A stretch of 64,000 nt of DNA from Bradymonadia bacterium (GTDB lineage Bacteria; Myxococcota_A; Bradymonadia; UBA7976; UBA1532), in NCBI GenBank assembly GCA_046290225.1, contig JBKAGE010000038.1:160001-224000 (forward strand), read 5' to 3'. Below, piece by piece: positions 8,893-18,116 of the stretch (positions within the stretch are counted from its first letter, which is position 1; the number at the start of each line of letters is the position of its first letter). Below the pieces are notes generated by a model that was not told the origin of the DNA, did no database searches, and saw nothing but the letters and a program-made list of their open reading frames with translations. Both the position numbers and the translations under genes were made by a program.

Positions 8893-11388
8893 ATGAGAAA
8901 ACGTGATCTGTATTGGTTGAGCATCATCCTGAGCGTCTTCTTCGTCTCGATGCAGCTACTGACGGGTTGCGAAGGGACCCAGCAAGCACCCAAAGGCATC
9001 GAGGCTTTGCCTGATCGGTTCGTCGAGTTCCTCGACATCAATCAACCTGACGAGGAGCCACTCGACGAGGCGAAGCCCGACTCACAGGCGGGGGCCAAGC
9101 CTGACCCACATGCAGAAGGCAAAGGCTTCACAGAAGCGGAGAGCGACCACGACAAATTTCCAAAGATGCGCAAAGTCGTGCGGTCGAAAACCGTCCTCAG
9201 TCGGCTTGGCACCATGGGGGGCGACGGTACGGACAAAGTCGTCGACGACCTGCAGGACGGCGCAAAGCTCGTCGCGCTCAAAGACGCCTTCGACGGCGCC
9301 ACGGGTGTGGCCATGGCCAAGGGCCCTGGTGCTGGCCGTGACACCCGTAGCCGCATCGGTGAAGCCGGCGCTGGTGAGTCAGCCAGCGTGAGCAATGCCG
9401 AGATGCTGGGGCTCCGGGGCGCATCCAGTGCCAGAGTCGAAAGGCGTGTGCGCGGTCGAATCAAAGTCGCGTCACGAGCGACGTCGCAATCAGGACAAGG
9501 CGAGCTCGACGCCACCAAGGTGGCCAGGGTCATCAAGCGGCGACAAGGCGCTCTCAAGAGCTGCTATGAGCAACAGCTCAAGCGGAACCCCAAGCTCTCC
9601 GGCAAGGTGCTCTTGCAGTTTCAGGTGCTCGAGAGCGGCCGAGTCGGCTCTGCGGCCATCGTCCAAAACTCCACTGGCTCTCCCGAGTTCGGGAAATGCC
9701 TCACGGACCGCTTCAGGCGCATGCGATTCCCTCGGCCTGAGGGTGGCGCCGCCAGCTTCACCTTCCCCTTCGCCTTCAGCCCGGTGGACGGGGGCTACAC
9801 GCCACCCACCCCCTCGCCGAACTTCGCCGACCAGAAGCCACCCAAGCCAGAGCCGGAAAAGGAGCGCCCTCCTCCTGAGGAGTCCAAGCGTGTCGCTGAC
9901 AAGCTCACCGAAGACAGTGAGCGTGATCGCGTCGACCACGCGGGTGATCAGATCGCCGTGGTGCCGCCCTCCAAGTTCCTGCCGCGGAGCTTCTACTTCG
10001 AGAACACCTACCTCGCCGGCGACGCAGCCTTGAGCTGGCGCATGAAACGTCTCGACGAGGCCCTCTCCCCACACAGACGGCCCTATGCCCACGCTGGCAT
10101 CACCGAGCAGGACATCGACCCCCCCACCACCCAGGCCCTCGCCCTCGACGTGAGCCTCGATCGGCCCACACTTGAGGCCCCTGGGCGTGTGTTCATGCAG
10201 GTGGGCCTTCGAGGGAGCGAGCGTTTTGGCTGGCGCCGACCGCCCCTCGAGGTGGTGCTGGTGGTGGATACGCTCGATCGCGCGCTGGTGGACGCCGCCT
10301 ATCAATCACTGCGCAAGCGCCTCAACGGCGCCGACCACCTAGCCATCGAGCAGGTCGGTGTGGGCGAGGTCATGCCCATGCGCCCTGGTGATCAGTTGCC
10401 CTTCGAACTGCCCGTCGTGGATCCACCACTTCATCGGTCGAGTACCCTGCGGGGCGCCCTGGAAACCGCCGGCAGCCTGCTTGCAGGTGAAGCCCACCGC
10501 CGTCACCGGGTCCCTGGCAGCAGGATGGTCTTGCTGCTCTCCACCCGACTCGACGATCGCGAGGTCCGCCTCGCCGAGCCTGCAGTGCACGCGCTCACCC
10601 TCAACGGGGTCATCACCTCAGTCTTCGAGCGCACGCTGGGCAGTGATCCCGTGGGCTGGCAGCTCGCCGCCGCAGGTCATGGTCACGCCCACACCATCCG
10701 CGACGCCGCCTCGGCACCGCAGGTCGTCGAAGCCGAGTTCGAAGCCATCGCTCAGGTGGTGGCCCGCCTCGTGCGGCTCAATGTACGCCTCGGCCCGGAC
10801 GTGGAGCTGGTCCGCGTGGTGGGCAGCCGCCCCCTCGAAGCCCCCGAAGTGAAGGCGGTAAAGGCCCGTGAGGTCCGCATCGATCAGATCCTCGGAGAAA
10901 CACTCGGTGTCGAGGCTGATCGCGGGGACGATGATGACGGTGTGCAAACGGTCATCCCATACTTCCTCGGTGGCGACACCCACGTGGTCCTCTTCGAGCT
11001 GTGGGTGAAGTCACCGGGCGCAGTGGCCGACGTCTCTATCCAATACAAAGATCTCATCCAGTCGAACAACGCCACGGCCCACGCATCCGCCTTCATCCAG
11101 TCTGCCCCCCGAGCCCTGGCCCCCCATCATCGACAAGTGCGTCGAAACCTGGCCCGGGCAGAGGTGGCTCAAGGACTGCTCGACGCAGCGACTCAGGCGA
11201 AGCGAGAGGGCAAATGGGCCGCTCGCAGGGTGCTCGGCCAGCTGGGGGCCGGCCAGGAGGACGGTCCTCTGGTGATCAGCGTACAAGCGCTGCTCGACAG
11301 CCAGGCCCCTCAGCAAGTGGTGGCCTCAGCCCTGGAGATCGCCGGCATCAGGCACATCAGCCATCGGGGTCAGCAGGGTCGATGGTGA
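8893..11388 (+). CDS. Lipoprotein with AgmX/PglI (TonB-C-like) domain fused to a degenerate YfbK-type VWA region
   Basis: ATG 8893 after GGAG, lipobox LLTGC. KVARVIKRRQGALKSCYEQQLKRNPKLSGKV...CL..RFRRMRFPRP...FPFAF. Then VFMQVGL..RPPLEVVLVVD without DxSxS. Confidence 0.8.
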   Translation: MRKRDLYWLSIILSVFFVSMQLLTGCEGTQQAPKGIEALPDRFVEFLDINQPDEEPLDEAKPDSQAGAKPDPHAEGKGFTEAESDHDKFPKMRKVVRSKTVLSRLGTMGGDGTDKVVDDLQDGAKLVALKDAFDGATGVAMAKGPGAGRDTRSRIGEAGAGESASVSNAEMLGLRGASSARVERRVRGRIKVASRATSQSGQGELDATKVARVIKRRQGALKSCYEQQLKRNPKLSGKVLLQFQVLESGRVGSAAIVQNSTGSPEFGKCLTDRFRRMRFPRPEGGAASFTFPFAFSPVDGGYTPPTPSPNFADQKPPKPEPEKERPPPEESKRVADKLTEDSERDRVDHAGDQIAVVPPSKFLPRSFYFENTYLAGDAALSWRMKRLDEALSPHRRPYAHAGITEQDIDPPTTQALALDVSLDRPTLEAPGRVFMQVGLRGSERFGWRRPPLEVVLVVDTLDRALVDAAYQSLRKRLNGADHLAIEQVGVGEVMPMRPGDQLPFELPVVDPPLHRSSTLRGALETAGSLLAGEAHRRHRVPGSRMVLLLSTRLDDREVRLAEPAVHALTLNGVITSVFERTLGSDPVGWQLAAAGHGHAHTIRDAASAPQVVEAEFEAIAQVVARLVRLNVRLGPDVELVRVVGSRPLEAPEVKAVKAREVRIDQILGETLGVEADRGDDDDGVQTVIPYFLGGDTHVVLFELWVKSPGAVADVSIQYKDLIQSNNATAHASAFIQSAPRALAPHHRQVRRNLARAEVAQGLLDAATQAKREGKWAARRVLGQLGAGQEDGPLVISVQALLDSQAPQQVVASALEIAGIRHISHRGQQGRW

Positions 11389-12038
11389 GGTTCTTCACGT
11401 GCATGTTGCTTGCTTCCTACGCCCTGGTGGAAGGCACCTCTATCGTCCATGGGCATCCCCCCAGTCCGAGCTTGTGGCCGCTCAACTCGGCCACATCTGA
11501 GCACCAGGACATCGCTCCGGAGGCCACTCGCTCCCCAAAGGTGATTTGCACGTTCAAGCCCACAAAGCATGGCGCTCATGAACACTGTAGCCCTTGCCCT
11601 CACTGGCCAGAATCGCCGCAGAAGTGCCTTCAGGCTCAAGCAGAGCTGGACGCCCAAGCCGTACGAGCAGGGGCCTGTCAACGCATGTCTTCAGCGTCCA
11701 CGCACATCTCTGTGCATCCATCCCTCAGTGACCCCAATGAGTACAAAAAATTCGCCGGCGTGCTCCTAAGGCGCTCGAGCAGCATTCGTCGTTGCGTTTT
11801 CAGAGCCTTTCGCGAGCAATGCCTCGCCCACGAAGAGCTCCTGCCCCTCATCCTCACTGTGACGGTTCGGGTGGGCACTGACGGCAGGACACGCCAGGCC
11901 GATGTCGGGCCCCTCATTGGCCCCTACACGTTGATCTCGTGCATACAAAACACCCTGGAACGCTTTCGCTTTCGTAGAACCCAACTGCCCCACCAGAACA
12001 TGTTCGAGCTCACCTTCCAGCCTCCTCCAGGATTCTGA
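11382..12038 (+). CDS. Secreted protein with AgmX/PglI-like C-terminal domain
   Basis: ATG overlaps the upstream stop. Signal-like N-terminus. IRRCVFRA...VTVRVGTDGR...LISCIQNTLERFRF...FELTFQP. Confidence 0.6.
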   Translation: MVRFFTCMLLASYALVEGTSIVHGHPPSPSLWPLNSATSEHQDIAPEATRSPKVICTFKPTKHGAHEHCSPCPHWPESPQKCLQAQAELDAQAVRAGACQRMSSASTHISVHPSLSDPNEYKKFAGVLLRRSSSIRRCVFRAFREQCLAHEELLPLILTVTVRVGTDGRTRQADVGPLIGPYTLISCIQNTLERFRFRRTQLPHQNMFELTFQPPPGF

Positions 12039-12146
12039 AACGTTTGCACATGTTCGTCGTACTCCTCTGTAGTCATTTTCAATGAGCGGGTATGTTGAGT
12101 CATCTGCCCCTGCTCTCAGTGCCTCAACTCGTCAATCGAAGCTGCC

Positions 12147-13112
12147 ATGCCCATCACCCGACGCCTCGTGTTCATGCTCTTCGCCCTCTTTGCTCTCCCT
12201 GCTTGTGGAGGCGCGGACTCCAACGAGCCGGCCAGTGGGGATCCAGGCAATGACGAGCGCCCTGGTGAGGGCACGCCACCGACTACGGATGTCAATCAGT
12301 TGCCCCTCTTCGTCGACACCACCGAGGCTCGAGCCCTCATCGACAGCGGCGCCCTCGTGCTCGACGCCCGCAGCCAGAGCGATTGGAGCGCCGGCCACCT
12401 GCCCAGCGCGGGCAACGCACCATGGCAGACCTTCGTCGAAGGTGAGCAGAACGGGAACCTCTCCGACACTGGCTATGTACAGCAAGCCATGCGCACCCTT
12501 GGCGTGAGCAACAATGTGCCTGTGCTCGTCTATGGCGCGTGGACCGAGGGTTGGGGAGAAGAGGGGCGCCTGTACTGGACCCTCGACTACATGGGCCACG
12601 AGCGTGTGCACATCCTCGAGGGCGGTCTACCTGCCTGGCAGCGCGCCGGTGGCAAGACGAACACCGATGCCCCCTCCCCTGCGCCCGGCAACTTCACCGC
12701 GGCACCTCGACAAGGGCGCATCAGCACCGACGAGCTCAAGGCCCTCATCGACGCCGGTGAGTCCATCATCGTCCTCGATAACCGCCGACAGGAAGAATAC
12801 GAAGGCGCCACCCCATATGGCGCCCCCCGTGGAGGTCACATTCCCGGGGCCATTCATCTGTATTGGAAGGATCTGATCACAGAAGAGGGCCTGCCGTCTC
12901 TGAGCAGCCTCACCCAACGGCTTGCCTTGCTCGGCATCGACGTCGAGCGTCCACAGGTGGTGATCACATATTGCACGGGGGGTGTGCGCTCCGGGTTCGG
13001 CTATGCCGTGCTCCGGGCCATCGGCCACAGCGACGTGCGCAACTATGACGGCTCGTGGTGGGCCTGGTCCCGCAACGAGAGCCTGCCCATCGAGCGGCCC
13101 AGCTTCGAGTAG
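12147..13112 (+). CDS. Two-domain sulfurtransferase (rhodanese) lipoprotein
   Basis: Lipobox ALPAC. LDARS..GHLPSA, ILEGGLPAW, GGHIPGA, active-site YCTGGVRS, YDGSWWAW. Confidence 0.92.
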   Translation: MPITRRLVFMLFALFALPACGGADSNEPASGDPGNDERPGEGTPPTTDVNQLPLFVDTTEARALIDSGALVLDARSQSDWSAGHLPSAGNAPWQTFVEGEQNGNLSDTGYVQQAMRTLGVSNNVPVLVYGAWTEGWGEEGRLYWTLDYMGHERVHILEGGLPAWQRAGGKTNTDAPSPAPGNFTAAPRQGRISTDELKALIDAGESIIVLDNRRQEEYEGATPYGAPRGGHIPGAIHLYWKDLITEEGLPSLSSLTQRLALLGIDVERPQVVITYCTGGVRSGFGYAVLRAIGHSDVRNYDGSWWAWSRNESLPIERPSFE

Positions 13113-13139
13113 ACAGCTCCAAAGTAGAGTGGGCTTAGG

Positions 13140-13155
13140 TGGCACTTTGTTTGCT
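13140..13155 (+). promoter_or_regulatory. Sigma54 -24/-12 promoter
   Basis: TGGCAC-TTTGT-TTGCT is an exact consensus match upstream of the protease gene. Confidence 0.7.
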
Positions 13156-13168
13156 TAAATCCGCCCAC

Positions 13169-14560
13169 ATGAAAAAAAACGCACATCGCCACGCCCTCTG
13201 GCTCTGCCTGCTCGCAGCGGCCTGCACTGAAGACAACAGCCCCGCCACCGACACTGCTGACGCTGGTCCCAGCATGGCCGACGCCACCTCTGGTGAAGGC
13301 GGTGGCCCCGGTGAGACCGATGCCGGGATGTCCGAAGGCACTGCAGATGCTGCAGTCGACCCTGCAGCAGACGCCGGAGATGGGACACCAGATGCGAACA
13401 TCTCCCTGCCTGACGGCGGCATCAACCCGCCCCCTGGGCAGGACGAGTGCGGTGATATTCGCACCACAGCCAAGGTGTACTACGGCACTCGGGAGCCCAC
13501 CCACGTTCCCCTTACGCCTGGCCAGGTGCTCGCCGTGGGCAGTTTCAACGGGTGTACTGGCACGCTCATCGCCCCCACCTGGGTCCTCACCGCCTCACAC
13601 TGTGGCCTGAGAACCGGTCGTGAGTTCTGCATCGGCCCTGATCCTGACAACCCGGACACTTGCCTCGTGGCCAACCGGGTCTACGAGAACCCCGAGGCCG
13701 ACATGGCCCTCGTGGAGCTCAACAGCGACGCCACCATCGCATTGCCTGGGGTGGAGCCGATCCCCATCATCACCGAAGACATGTCCAACGGATGGATCGG
13801 CCGTACCGCTGAGGCTGCCGGCTATGGGCAGACCCACGACCGGCGCTTCAACACGCGATACTTCACCGCTCAGCCCATCGTGCGCGTGCAGGGTGACTTC
13901 CTCACCATCGACGGCGAGGGCGAGCGGGGCGTCTGCTTCGGCGACTCCGGCGGCCCCGTCATGGTCATCGCTGGTGACAGCACCGTGCGCGTCGCTGGTG
14001 ATCTCAGCAACGGCGACGGCTCCTGTGTGGGCCAGGACAACTTCACTCGAGTGGATCGCTACATCGACTGGATCGAGGGCTACACCGGTCCCACTCAGGT
14101 AGAAGGTGCTGCGTGCGGCAACATCAGCACCGAGGGCCGCTGTCAGGCAGGCTGGGCGGCATGGTGTGGCGACGACGGCCTGCTCCAAACCGAGCAATGT
14201 GCTGGTGCCTGCGGCTGGGACACTGCAGCCAACGGCTTCCGCTGCATCGAGGGCGATGATCCCTGTGGAGGCTATGATGTGTACGGAGGGTGTGACGGTG
14301 ACGTGGCACGCTGGTGCGAAGGCGGAGAGGCCCGGGCCAGAGACTGCGGCGCCTGCGGGCTCTTCTGCGAAGTCGCCCCTGGCATCGGCTCCCGCTGCAC
14401 TGACGATCCATGCGCCTCTGGCGATCTCGACTACCTGGGTCGCTGCAATGAAAATGTGGCCGAGTGGTGTGGTGATGAGGGCTTCCAAACCCGCAACTGC
14501 ACCGAACAGGGGCAGACCTGTCAGTATGTGAACCGCCGAATCGGGTATTTCTGCCGCTGA
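13169..14560 (+). CDS. Trypsin-like (S1) serine protease lipoprotein with Cys-rich C-terminal repeats
   Basis: Lipobox LAAAC. Catalytic triad motifs CTGTLIAPTWVLTASHC, DMALVEL, CFGDSGGP. Confidence 0.93.
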   Translation: MKKNAHRHALWLCLLAAACTEDNSPATDTADAGPSMADATSGEGGGPGETDAGMSEGTADAAVDPAADAGDGTPDANISLPDGGINPPPGQDECGDIRTTAKVYYGTREPTHVPLTPGQVLAVGSFNGCTGTLIAPTWVLTASHCGLRTGREFCIGPDPDNPDTCLVANRVYENPEADMALVELNSDATIALPGVEPIPIITEDMSNGWIGRTAEAAGYGQTHDRRFNTRYFTAQPIVRVQGDFLTIDGEGERGVCFGDSGGPVMVIAGDSTVRVAGDLSNGDGSCVGQDNFTRVDRYIDWIEGYTGPTQVEGAACGNISTEGRCQAGWAAWCGDDGLLQTEQCAGACGWDTAANGFRCIEGDDPCGGYDVYGGCDGDVARWCEGGEARARDCGACGLFCEVAPGIGSRCTDDPCASGDLDYLGRCNENVAEWCGDEGFQTRNCTEQGQTCQYVNRRIGYFCR

Positions 14561-14684
14561 GCGCCCCAAAAAACACACACCTGCACACATCCGGCACTTT
14601 CCCCTACCACTGCCCCGAAAAACCACCTAATATCTCTGATGCCACCATAAACTCCACTCCTGGAGTGTCAGCGAGGAGCATCAG

Positions 14685-15164
14685 ATGGCATCTGCATCAA
14701 GATCACCCACCGGTCCCGATGATGCGCATTGGTCAGGGTGGAACTTCGATGGCTTCTCTACAGATGAGCAGCAAGCATCTCACCTGAGTGCTTCTGCCAG
14801 CGCCTCTCTATCAGAGCGACTCCAAGCACACGACACAGTCCCTGATCTGGGGATGCACAACTGGTCCTCGGAACGGCCTCACCTGATTCCACCAGAGCCG
14901 TTCCACCCTGAGGCCGTATCTGAGCAAGAAGCGCTGCCAGAGATTCAGGCACCCCCCCCGACCTCTGGACGGCACACCCTCGAGCAAAGCATCAGCCTCT
15001 GGGCCCACCGATCTTTCTATGGCCTGGTGCTCGCAGGCGTCTATGGATTGATCAATATGCTCAAAATGCTTATCGGTCCTGAGCAGGAATATGACATGAT
15101 GCCTGGTGAGGAGCCCCGAGATCGAGTTGTCAGACCACTTTGGAGTCGCAACAAAAGACGATGA
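14685..15164 (+). CDS. Hypothetical single-TM protein
   Basis: GAGGAG RBS before ATG, one hydrophobic segment, atypical codon usage. Confidence 0.55.
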   Translation: MASASRSPTGPDDAHWSGWNFDGFSTDEQQASHLSASASASLSERLQAHDTVPDLGMHNWSSERPHLIPPEPFHPEAVSEQEALPEIQAPPPTSGRHTLEQSISLWAHRSFYGLVLAGVYGLINMLKMLIGPEQEYDMMPGEEPRDRVVRPLWSRNKRR

Positions 15165-15516
15165 CTGAGTGTTGATGTGTGTAGCACTCAGCCAAGACAA
15201 GAAGTCTCAGTGATAGAGATTCAATGATGCCAACGGTGCCTGGAAGGCCACTTCAAAAAAACTGTCACATCTTCCACACCTTCCGTATTCATCACTGAAT
15301 CACCTACATCACCCGTTGAGGAGCAGATCGATGGCGGCATCTCATACGCCCACTGATTTCAGTCATCAGACGTGGTCTCATGCATTATCTCATCGACCTG
15401 CTCGTAAAAAGCCCCCCCGCCGTCGGGCGCTTTCAACTCATCGCACGACGACCAGGCCCATCCAGCGAGAGCCGTCAGGCAGGTGGTGCCAAGTGAAACA
15501 AGCTGCCACATCGCTG

Positions 15517-15699
15517 ATGAGACAGGGTTTTTTCTTCGCAGTCCTCGTGGGCGTCGTCGTTCTGGTGTCTTCCCTCGGCCTCGTTCTCTTTCGAGGGCGG
15601 TATTATCGGATGATGACTGGCTCGAAGACTGATCCCATCAAACGGCCCAACCCACATCAGAACGCTCGAGGGTTCAGCGCCGGTGACAACCTGGACTGA
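15517..15699 (+). CDS. Small hypothetical membrane protein
   Basis: MRQGFFFAVLVGVVVLVSSLGLVLF TM segment. Start uncertain (GTG 15493 is possible). Confidence 0.4.
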   Translation: MRQGFFFAVLVGVVVLVSSLGLVLFRGRYYRMMTGSKTDPIKRPNPHQNARGFSAGDNLD

Positions 15700-15732
15700 T
15701 CTCTCTCGGTATAGATGTCGCAATGGATGGTG

Positions 15733-16431
15733 CTATTCGAACCGATAGCCCACGCCGTGCACGGTCTGAATGAACACAGGGTTACGTGGATCATCCTCGA
15801 TGCGTTTACGCAACTTCGAGACATGTTGATCGAGGGTACGACTGTTGGGCATGTGGTTGAGCCCCCAACAGGTCCGGAAGAAAGTCTCTCGATCGACCAC
15901 GCGCCCCCTGCGCTCTACGAGCAACCGCAAAATCGCGACCTCTCTCAAACTCAACTCGACGGTGTTCTCCGGGCGACGGGCTCTCAGCTCTTCTGGATAG
16001 ATCGTCCATGGGCCCAGTTCGAACGGACGGCGCTGATCAGCTTCTGAGGTCGAGCCCCCGGGCTTGCGCGCCATGGCGCGCCGTGTCACCGCGCGGATGC
16101 GGGCAATGACTTCTTTGACGCCGAAGGGCTTCATGATGAAGTCGTCGGCACCGAGCTCCAAGCCCAGCACCCTGTCGATCTCTTCACTCTTGGCGCTGAT
16201 GAAGATGATGGGCACGCCTTCATCCTGGGCGCGGATCCGACGACATACGTCGTAGCCGCTCATCCCCGGCATCATGATGTCGAGGAGTACGAAGTCGGGC
16301 CGCTCTTCTCCATAGAGTGTGAGGGCAGATGGGCCGTCGACGGCCACGAGGGGGGTGTACCCTTCTCCCTCGAGGATTTCGGTGAGCCCTGTCCGGATCA
16401 ATGGATCATCTTCGGCGATGAGCACCCGCAT
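15733..16431 (-). CDS. OmpR/PhoB-family response regulator
   Basis: RVLIAEDD, LLDIMMP, GADDFIMKPF, winged helix RTLDQHVSKLRKRIE...TVHGVGYRF. Confidence 0.97.
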   Translation of the reverse strand: MRVLIAEDDPLIRTGLTEILEGEGYTPLVAVDGPSALTLYGEERPDFVLLDIMMPGMSGYDVCRRIRAQDEGVPIIFISAKSEEIDRVLGLELGADDFIMKPFGVKEVIARIRAVTRRAMARKPGGSTSEADQRRPFELGPWTIYPEELRARRPENTVELSLREVAILRLLVERRGRVVDRETFFRTCWGLNHMPNSRTLDQHVSKLRKRIEDDPRNPVFIQTVHGVGYRFE

Positions 16432-16433
16432 GT

Positions 16434-18077
16434 TCAGCTCTCCTCGGTGGCGGGGGTGTGCAGTGTGAGTTCGAAACAGGCCCCAGTGTGGGTGTCGACG
16501 GCCCCATCGAGCAAGACCAGATCGCCACCGTGCAGCCGGGCGAGTCGACGGGAGATCGTGAGGCCGATGCCCGTGCCCGAGGCCTGGGCCGTGAGCCGAT
16601 CGTCGAGCCGGTAGAACGGGTCGAAGATGCGCTCTCTACTCTGAGCAGGGATCCCAGCCCCCTGATCGGCCACCATGACCCACGTCCGCCCTTCCCCCTG
16701 ACCGGTGATGATCTTGACGCTCTTGGCGCCATACTTCTCGACGTTGCTCAAGAGGTTGCCCACAACCTGCTCGATCACATCGACGTCTGCCATGACCTGA
16801 GCGCCAGCGTGGGCGTCGATCTCAATGGTGATCTGTTTGTCTTCCAGGGCGGGCCGGAAGTGCTCCACGGCGGCTCGGACCACCTCGTCGACGCAGATGG
16901 CCCGGGGTTTGAGCACCAGCTGTTGTCGCTGATCCCGAGCGAAGCTGAGCACATTGCTGATCATGCGACTGAGCCGCTGGCTCTCGTCGACGATCACCCC
17001 CATGTACCGTGCCGCCCGCGGGTCTTCGTCGAAGATGTCCTCGAGAGACTCTCCGAGCAGCTCGGCGTACATGCGGATGTTGGTCAATGGGGTCTTCAGC
17101 TCATGGGAGACCTGGTTGACGAAGGTGACCCGTTGCGCTGCGAGGGTGATGGTGCGGTTGCTCTCTCGATGAAACAACACTGCGAGGCCGATGAGGGCCA
17201 GGGCCACAGCGGCAATGGCAGCCCATCGAGCGAAGTCATCCTCGCCTGCGGGCGGTGGCTCGGTCCAGCTGACGAGGCGCCACGCCCCAAGGGGCGCTGG
17301 CAGGGCAAGCTCTGCCAGGGGGTCAGCGGCCTTGTCGGGCTCGTAGTCCCCCCATTGATAGAGCACCTCTCCACCAGCCTCGAGGAGGGCGGTCCGGACA
17401 GCTGAGGCGCCCACCTCAGGCACCCCGCTGCCGCCACGTGTTCTCGCACGACGCTCGATCACCTCGGTCTCCGGCAAAGCCGCCACCAGCTCCGAGAGCA
17501 GCGCCGCGCCGGGGATCTCGATGCCCAGGGTTCTGGTGCCCATGGGGGTGGTGATCTGTCGCCAGAAGATGAGGGCCATGCCCCCACCGGTGAACCAGGG
17601 CTGCCAGCCATGGGCCTGAATGGTCTGGGGCACCACGATGTTGCTCAGCGAGTCGTTGCCGACGAGATCATTGCTCGGGGTGGGCCCCAGGGCACGGCCC
17701 TCCCACAATCCCCGAGTGCGCTCGAGAAACCGCCGCTCCCACTCGCTCAGCGGGCCGTCGAGAGGAGGAAACACCCGACGACCACGGTCATCGAGGATCA
17801 TGATCTGCCCGATCTCCGGGGTGCGCCTGACGAACTTGCGCAGGGCGGCGACATCGGTGGGCAGATCGTTGGTCAGCTTGACGAGGGCTCGGGCCCGGGC
17901 CTCGATGAGGGCGTCGATCCGCGCCCTCAACGCCTCGAGGCGATTCAGCTCGAGGCGTTTGAACTGCTGGGAGACCTCCACCTCGGCCTCTTGGGCCATC
18001 TTCTCACCGAGCAGGCCGAGGGCCACGAGGGGGGCCACGGTGAGCAGCAGCAACAGCAGGTTCAGGCGGATGTTCAT
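16434..18077 (-). CDS. Membrane sensor histidine kinase
   Basis: Two TMs. H-box VSHELKTPLT, N-box NLLSNVEKY, DQGAGI, GTGIGL. Confidence 0.96.
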   Translation of the reverse strand: MNIRLNLLLLLLTVAPLVALGLLGEKMAQEAEVEVSQQFKRLELNRLEALRARIDALIEARARALVKLTNDLPTDVAALRKFVRRTPEIGQIMILDDRGRRVFPPLDGPLSEWERRFLERTRGLWEGRALGPTPSNDLVGNDSLSNIVVPQTIQAHGWQPWFTGGGMALIFWRQITTPMGTRTLGIEIPGAALLSELVAALPETEVIERRARTRGGSGVPEVGASAVRTALLEAGGEVLYQWGDYEPDKAADPLAELALPAPLGAWRLVSWTEPPPAGEDDFARWAAIAAVALALIGLAVLFHRESNRTITLAAQRVTFVNQVSHELKTPLTNIRMYAELLGESLEDIFDEDPRAARYMGVIVDESQRLSRMISNVLSFARDQRQQLVLKPRAICVDEVVRAAVEHFRPALEDKQITIEIDAHAGAQVMADVDVIEQVVGNLLSNVEKYGAKSVKIITGQGEGRTWVMVADQGAGIPAQSRERIFDPFYRLDDRLTAQASGTGIGLTISRRLARLHGGDLVLLDGAVDTHTGACFELTLHTPATEES

Positions 18078-18116
18078 CGGGCAGACTCGAGGGTGGGCAC
18101 GTCAGCGCGGCGGGCT

